Below are positions 19,851 to 22,119 of a DNA stretch of 22,119 nt, piece after piece. A program made the translations under genes and the position numbers. The stretch covers positions 1 through 22,119 of the forward strand of contig JAUVVC010000013.1 in NCBI GenBank assembly GCA_030604855.1, read 5' to 3'. The notes under the pieces were generated by a model. The model made no database searches and was not told where the DNA came from. It saw only the letters and a list, made by a program, of their open reading frames with translations. Position 1 is the first letter of the stretch. Every line of letters starts with the position of its first letter. Source of the DNA: Erysipelotrichaceae bacterium (GTDB taxonomy: Bacteria; Bacillota_I; Bacilli_A; Erysipelotrichales; Erysipelotrichaceae).

Positions 19851-21023
19851 ATGTCAAACATCAAAACATCCAAAAGACCTCAAGGCAGAAACGCTTATGC
19901 GATTGCCATGGTGGGTCTTTTCTTTATTTTATCTGGGTTTATGAATATCAAAGCAAGCCAAGTTCCTGCCAAAGTGAGTGCTTATGAACTTATCGTGGAT
20001 GGGGAAACCTGGTTCGTCTTAGAAAATGTGGCGCAGATCGCAAAGGCACTTGAAGACTTCAGCTCAAGCATGACACCAGCATTTAATGAAAACACACGGG
20101 TCGTGGATGTGTCCTATAAACAACATATTGAAATCGTACCGGTCGAAGTCGAACGCACGAAGTTGAACATCATCGACAATCTCTACTTGAAATTGAGACA
20201 TCAAAAAGCAAGTGAACAAATCTATACAGTTAAAGAGGGTGATAATGTTTGGAAGATTGCGAAGCAAGTTGGGTTGAGCGTCAGCGAAATCGAACGCATG
20301 AATCCCAGCATGAATCTTGATCATATCTGGCCGAACGATGAGATTGTCATCACCGGAAGCAGTTATTATTTGGATGTCCTGGTTACCCTTGAAACTTCTC
20401 AGGATGAGGTCATCTATCACGATACGATTGCTAAACAAGATGGAAGCCTATTGGTCAACACACGTAAGACAATCAAAGAAGGCGTGGATGGCGTAAAGCA
20501 AGTGGATTATCGCATCCAGTATGTTAATGGCTATGAAAAGGAAATCAATATCCTGAACGAGACAGTCGTGCTTGAACCTGTGAGTGCGGAAGTCCTCGTT
20601 GGGACGAAAGCAGTTGCCGTCAACACAATCGGATCTGCCAGTGGTACGAACTTCATCGTCACAACAGGTCGTGTGTCGAGCGACTATGGATGGCGCACCC
20701 ATCCGATTACGGGCAAGCGTAGTTTCCATGATGGGATTGATATCTCCAATAAAGAAGGCACTTCCATTCTCGCTTATGCGAATGGGACAGTTACCAAAAC
20801 AGCCTGGACGGATAGTTATGGTAATTACATTGTCATCGACCACGGGGGTGGTTTGGAAACCTACTACATTCACCTATCCGGCTTCGATGTATCGGTAGGT
20901 GACAGTGTATCCGGTGGTCAACTCATTGGAAGAATGGGTAAGACAGGATCCGCAACCGGTAGTCATTTGCAGTTTGAAGTTCGGATCAATGGAACTCCAG
21001 TCAATCCTTGGGATTATCTCTAA
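19851..21023 (+). CDS. Membrane-anchored LysM-G5-M23 (LytM-type) protein with a variant HxQ motif
   Basis: It has a TM anchor (AYAIAMVGLFFILSGF), a LysM domain (YTVKEGDNVWKIAKQVGLSVSEIERMNP...DEIVI), and a G5-like segment (TIKEGVDGVKQVDYRIQYVNGYE...VLVGTK). The M23 domain carries FHDGID (HxxxD) and YIHL, but GSHLQFEV where GxHLHxE is expected. The start is set at ATG 19851 (GGAG at 19843-19846). ATG 19836 is only 9 nt after the -10 and remains an alternative. Confidence 0.85.
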   Translation: MSNIKTSKRPQGRNAYAIAMVGLFFILSGFMNIKASQVPAKVSAYELIVDGETWFVLENVAQIAKALEDFSSSMTPAFNENTRVVDVSYKQHIEIVPVEVERTKLNIIDNLYLKLRHQKASEQIYTVKEGDNVWKIAKQVGLSVSEIERMNPSMNLDHIWPNDEIVITGSSYYLDVLVTLETSQDEVIYHDTIAKQDGSLLVNTRKTIKEGVDGVKQVDYRIQYVNGYEKEINILNETVVLEPVSAEVLVGTKAVAVNTIGSASGTNFIVTTGRVSSDYGWRTHPITGKRSFHDGIDISNKEGTSILAYANGTVTKTAWTDSYGNYIVIDHGGGLETYYIHLSGFDVSVGDSVSGGQLIGRMGKTGSATGSHLQFEVRINGTPVNPWDYL

Positions 21024-21026
21024 ACA

Positions 21027-21051
21027 AAAGGCATGTTTACAGCATGCCTTT
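21027..21051. terminator. Bidirectional rho-independent terminator between convergent genes
   Basis: AAAGGCATG (21027-21035) pairs with CATGCCTTT (21043-21051) around the loop TTTACAG. There is an A-run on the left and a T-run on the right. The right arm overlaps the stop codon of the - strand ORF. Confidence 0.8.
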
Positions 21052-21938
21052 TACTTTGGATTGAGCTTCTGAACAATCTTCTCGAGTTCTTCGAAGCTGT
21101 GGCTTGAGACAAGTACAGAAGCAAGTTCAAATTCGATGGATTTTAATAGTTGATCCTCCGCCGAGTGAACCGATATTAGGGTCATACTTTTGTCTTGATT
21201 GATGTGCAGATTTTTAATGATATGAAGTGGTATGTAAGTATACGTTTCTTCATGAAAACTGACACCCCATTTCAAGCGTTCACCCAACTGAATAGTGATC
21301 CACTCCGTTTGTGTGATCAGAATCAGTTTGGGTAAGGACTGTATTTGTTTAAATAGCCCGAAGAGAAATCGAATTCGCATTGTTTGATAAAGCATAGCTT
21401 TAATCGTGTGTGAATTGAGTTCATCTTCAATCAAAACGTTTTGGCAACGGTAATCCATTGTATCGATGATTGCTTGAATGTTCGTATCTTCGATTCCATT
21501 GCCTTTTGATAAACGAAGTCGATCGACGATCGGTTTGAAGATGCGAATCGCGACGGCATTGAATTCTATAAGAGATTCAACTTGCATCTCATCTTCTAGG
21601 GAGATGATTCGAATATAGCTATAAAGCAAGGCCTTCTTTCGTTCGTAAAGTAGATGCTTATTGAAAGAATGTGCAATTTTCAAGATGTTCTTTGAAGTGG
21701 AGTCCATATGATAGACATGTAGATAATCATCGGTGCAGACCAAAAGTTTAGCTACTGATTTGCGATTACCCCAACGTTCTGCTGGACAGAACACAGTATA
21801 CGCTTTAACAACACGTTGATTGAAAAGGATGGGTCTGAGTGAAACAAAGGGTCCCAGATCTTCATTGAATGATTTGATAATACGTGGCCAACTTGTGCTT
21901 GTTGAAAATTGTTCATTCTTGATTAAATTTGCCTTCAT
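21051..21938 (-). CDS. Hypothetical cytoplasmic protein, 295 aa, possible tandem duplicated strand-rich (PH-like?) modules
   Basis: It is a long intact ORF with an in-frame TAA 6 nt (two codons) upstream of the ATG, so the start is unambiguous. It has no TM helix or signal peptide, and I recognise no catalytic or family motif. The two halves align weakly by eye. Confidence 0.6.
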   Translation of the reverse strand: MKANLIKNEQFSTSTSWPRIIKSFNEDLGPFVSLRPILFNQRVVKAYTVFCPAERWGNRKSVAKLLVCTDDYLHVYHMDSTSKNILKIAHSFNKHLLYERKKALLYSYIRIISLEDEMQVESLIEFNAVAIRIFKPIVDRLRLSKGNGIEDTNIQAIIDTMDYRCQNVLIEDELNSHTIKAMLYQTMRIRFLFGLFKQIQSLPKLILITQTEWITIQLGERLKWGVSFHEETYTYIPLHIIKNLHINQDKSMTLISVHSAEDQLLKSIEFELASVLVSSHSFEELEKIVQKLNPK

Positions 21939-21961
21939 AGCTTAAACATACGCCAGTTCCA

Positions 21962-21994
21962 CAAAAAATAAAAGGCACATTTGAGGTGTGCCTT
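21962..21994 (-). terminator. Rho-independent terminator on the - strand, upstream of the 295-aa ORF
   Basis: On the - strand, AAGGCACA pairs with TGTGCCTT (8 bp, loop CCTCAAA), followed by TTATTTTTT. Confidence 0.7.
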
Positions 21995-22003
21995 ATTGTT
22001 CAT

Positions 22004-22026
22004 AAAACCCCCAGATAGTCTGGGGG
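22004..22026 (-). terminator. GC-rich hairpin plus U-run; a second terminator-like element in tandem on the - strand
   Basis: On the - strand, CCCCCAGA pairs with TCTGGGGG (8 bp, 3-nt loop), followed by TTTTAT. Confidence 0.55.
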
Positions 22027-22033
22027 TTCCGGA

Positions 22034-22119
22034 GAGCTTTAGCGGTGTATTCCTGACAAAAAAAGCTCCTTCTGGTAGGATAAAAGTGCAGTCTGTCAAT
22101 TGCGCTTAACAACCAGAAG
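22034..22119 (-). other. Structured region of unknown identity, cut by the window edge (leader, sRNA or 3' UTR)
   Basis: On the - strand, CTTCTGGT (22119-22112) pairs with ACCAGAAG (22076-22069), enclosing 35 nt. This is immediately followed by the hairpin GAGCTTT (22068-22062) pairing with AAAGCTC (22040-22034), and then by the two terminator-like hairpins. No known riboswitch or T-box consensus was recognised. Confidence 0.3.

Noticed and set aside
22034-22076. SD-like AAGGAG on the - strand followed by a 6-codon TTG-initiated mini-ORF (TTG TCA GGA ATA CAC CGC TAA) as a possible leader peptide
   Set aside because: The TTG start and the very short ORF are embedded in a hairpin. There are no repeated regulatory codons, so chance occurrence is more likely. 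It is kept only as part of the structured-region finding.

Overview
This window is a low-GC Firmicutes-type chromosomal segment that uses the standard genetic code (TGA is a stop, TGG encodes Trp). It is almost entirely housekeeping and nearly all on the + strand. Gene order mirrors the Bacillus subtilis yvj/yvo/yvc region.

There appear to be three tightly packed transcription units:
1. ftsE, ftsX, a coiled-coil M23 peptidase, an S41 Ctp protease, uvrB, and a GH1 6-phospho-beta-glucosidase (1651-9559).
2. uvrA, hprK, an lgt::ppaX-like fusion, and trxB (10606-16740).
3. rapZ(yvcJ), yvcK, whiA, plus an unlisted 27-codon membrane micro-ORF (16857-19696).

Flanking these are:
- a divergent vanZ-like / yitT-like pair;
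- a small AT-rich insertion (membrane-anchored hypothetical plus orphan GtrA-like gene) that, together with the glucosidase, separates uvrB from uvrA;
- a LysM-G5-M23 protein;
- a 295-aa orphan protein on the - strand;
- a hairpin-rich region running off the right edge.

I found no rRNA, tRNA, CRISPR array, IS or transposase, integrase, or recognisable defence or toxin-antitoxin cassette. I cannot honestly point to a clear novel multi-gene system. The items most worth follow-up are:
- the FtsEX / intact-M23 / Ctp protease block;
- the HxH-to-HxQ change in the second M23 protein;
- the Lgt-PpaX fusion;
- probable leaderless starts at yitT and uvrA;
- the micro-ORF after whiA;
- the orphan 295-aa protein with its structured upstream region.

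Several ORF-track starts (yitT, uvrB, gtrA, uvrA, yvcK, whiA, LysM-M23) were moved to better supported start codons. All function calls come from by-eye motif recognition; no database search was possible.
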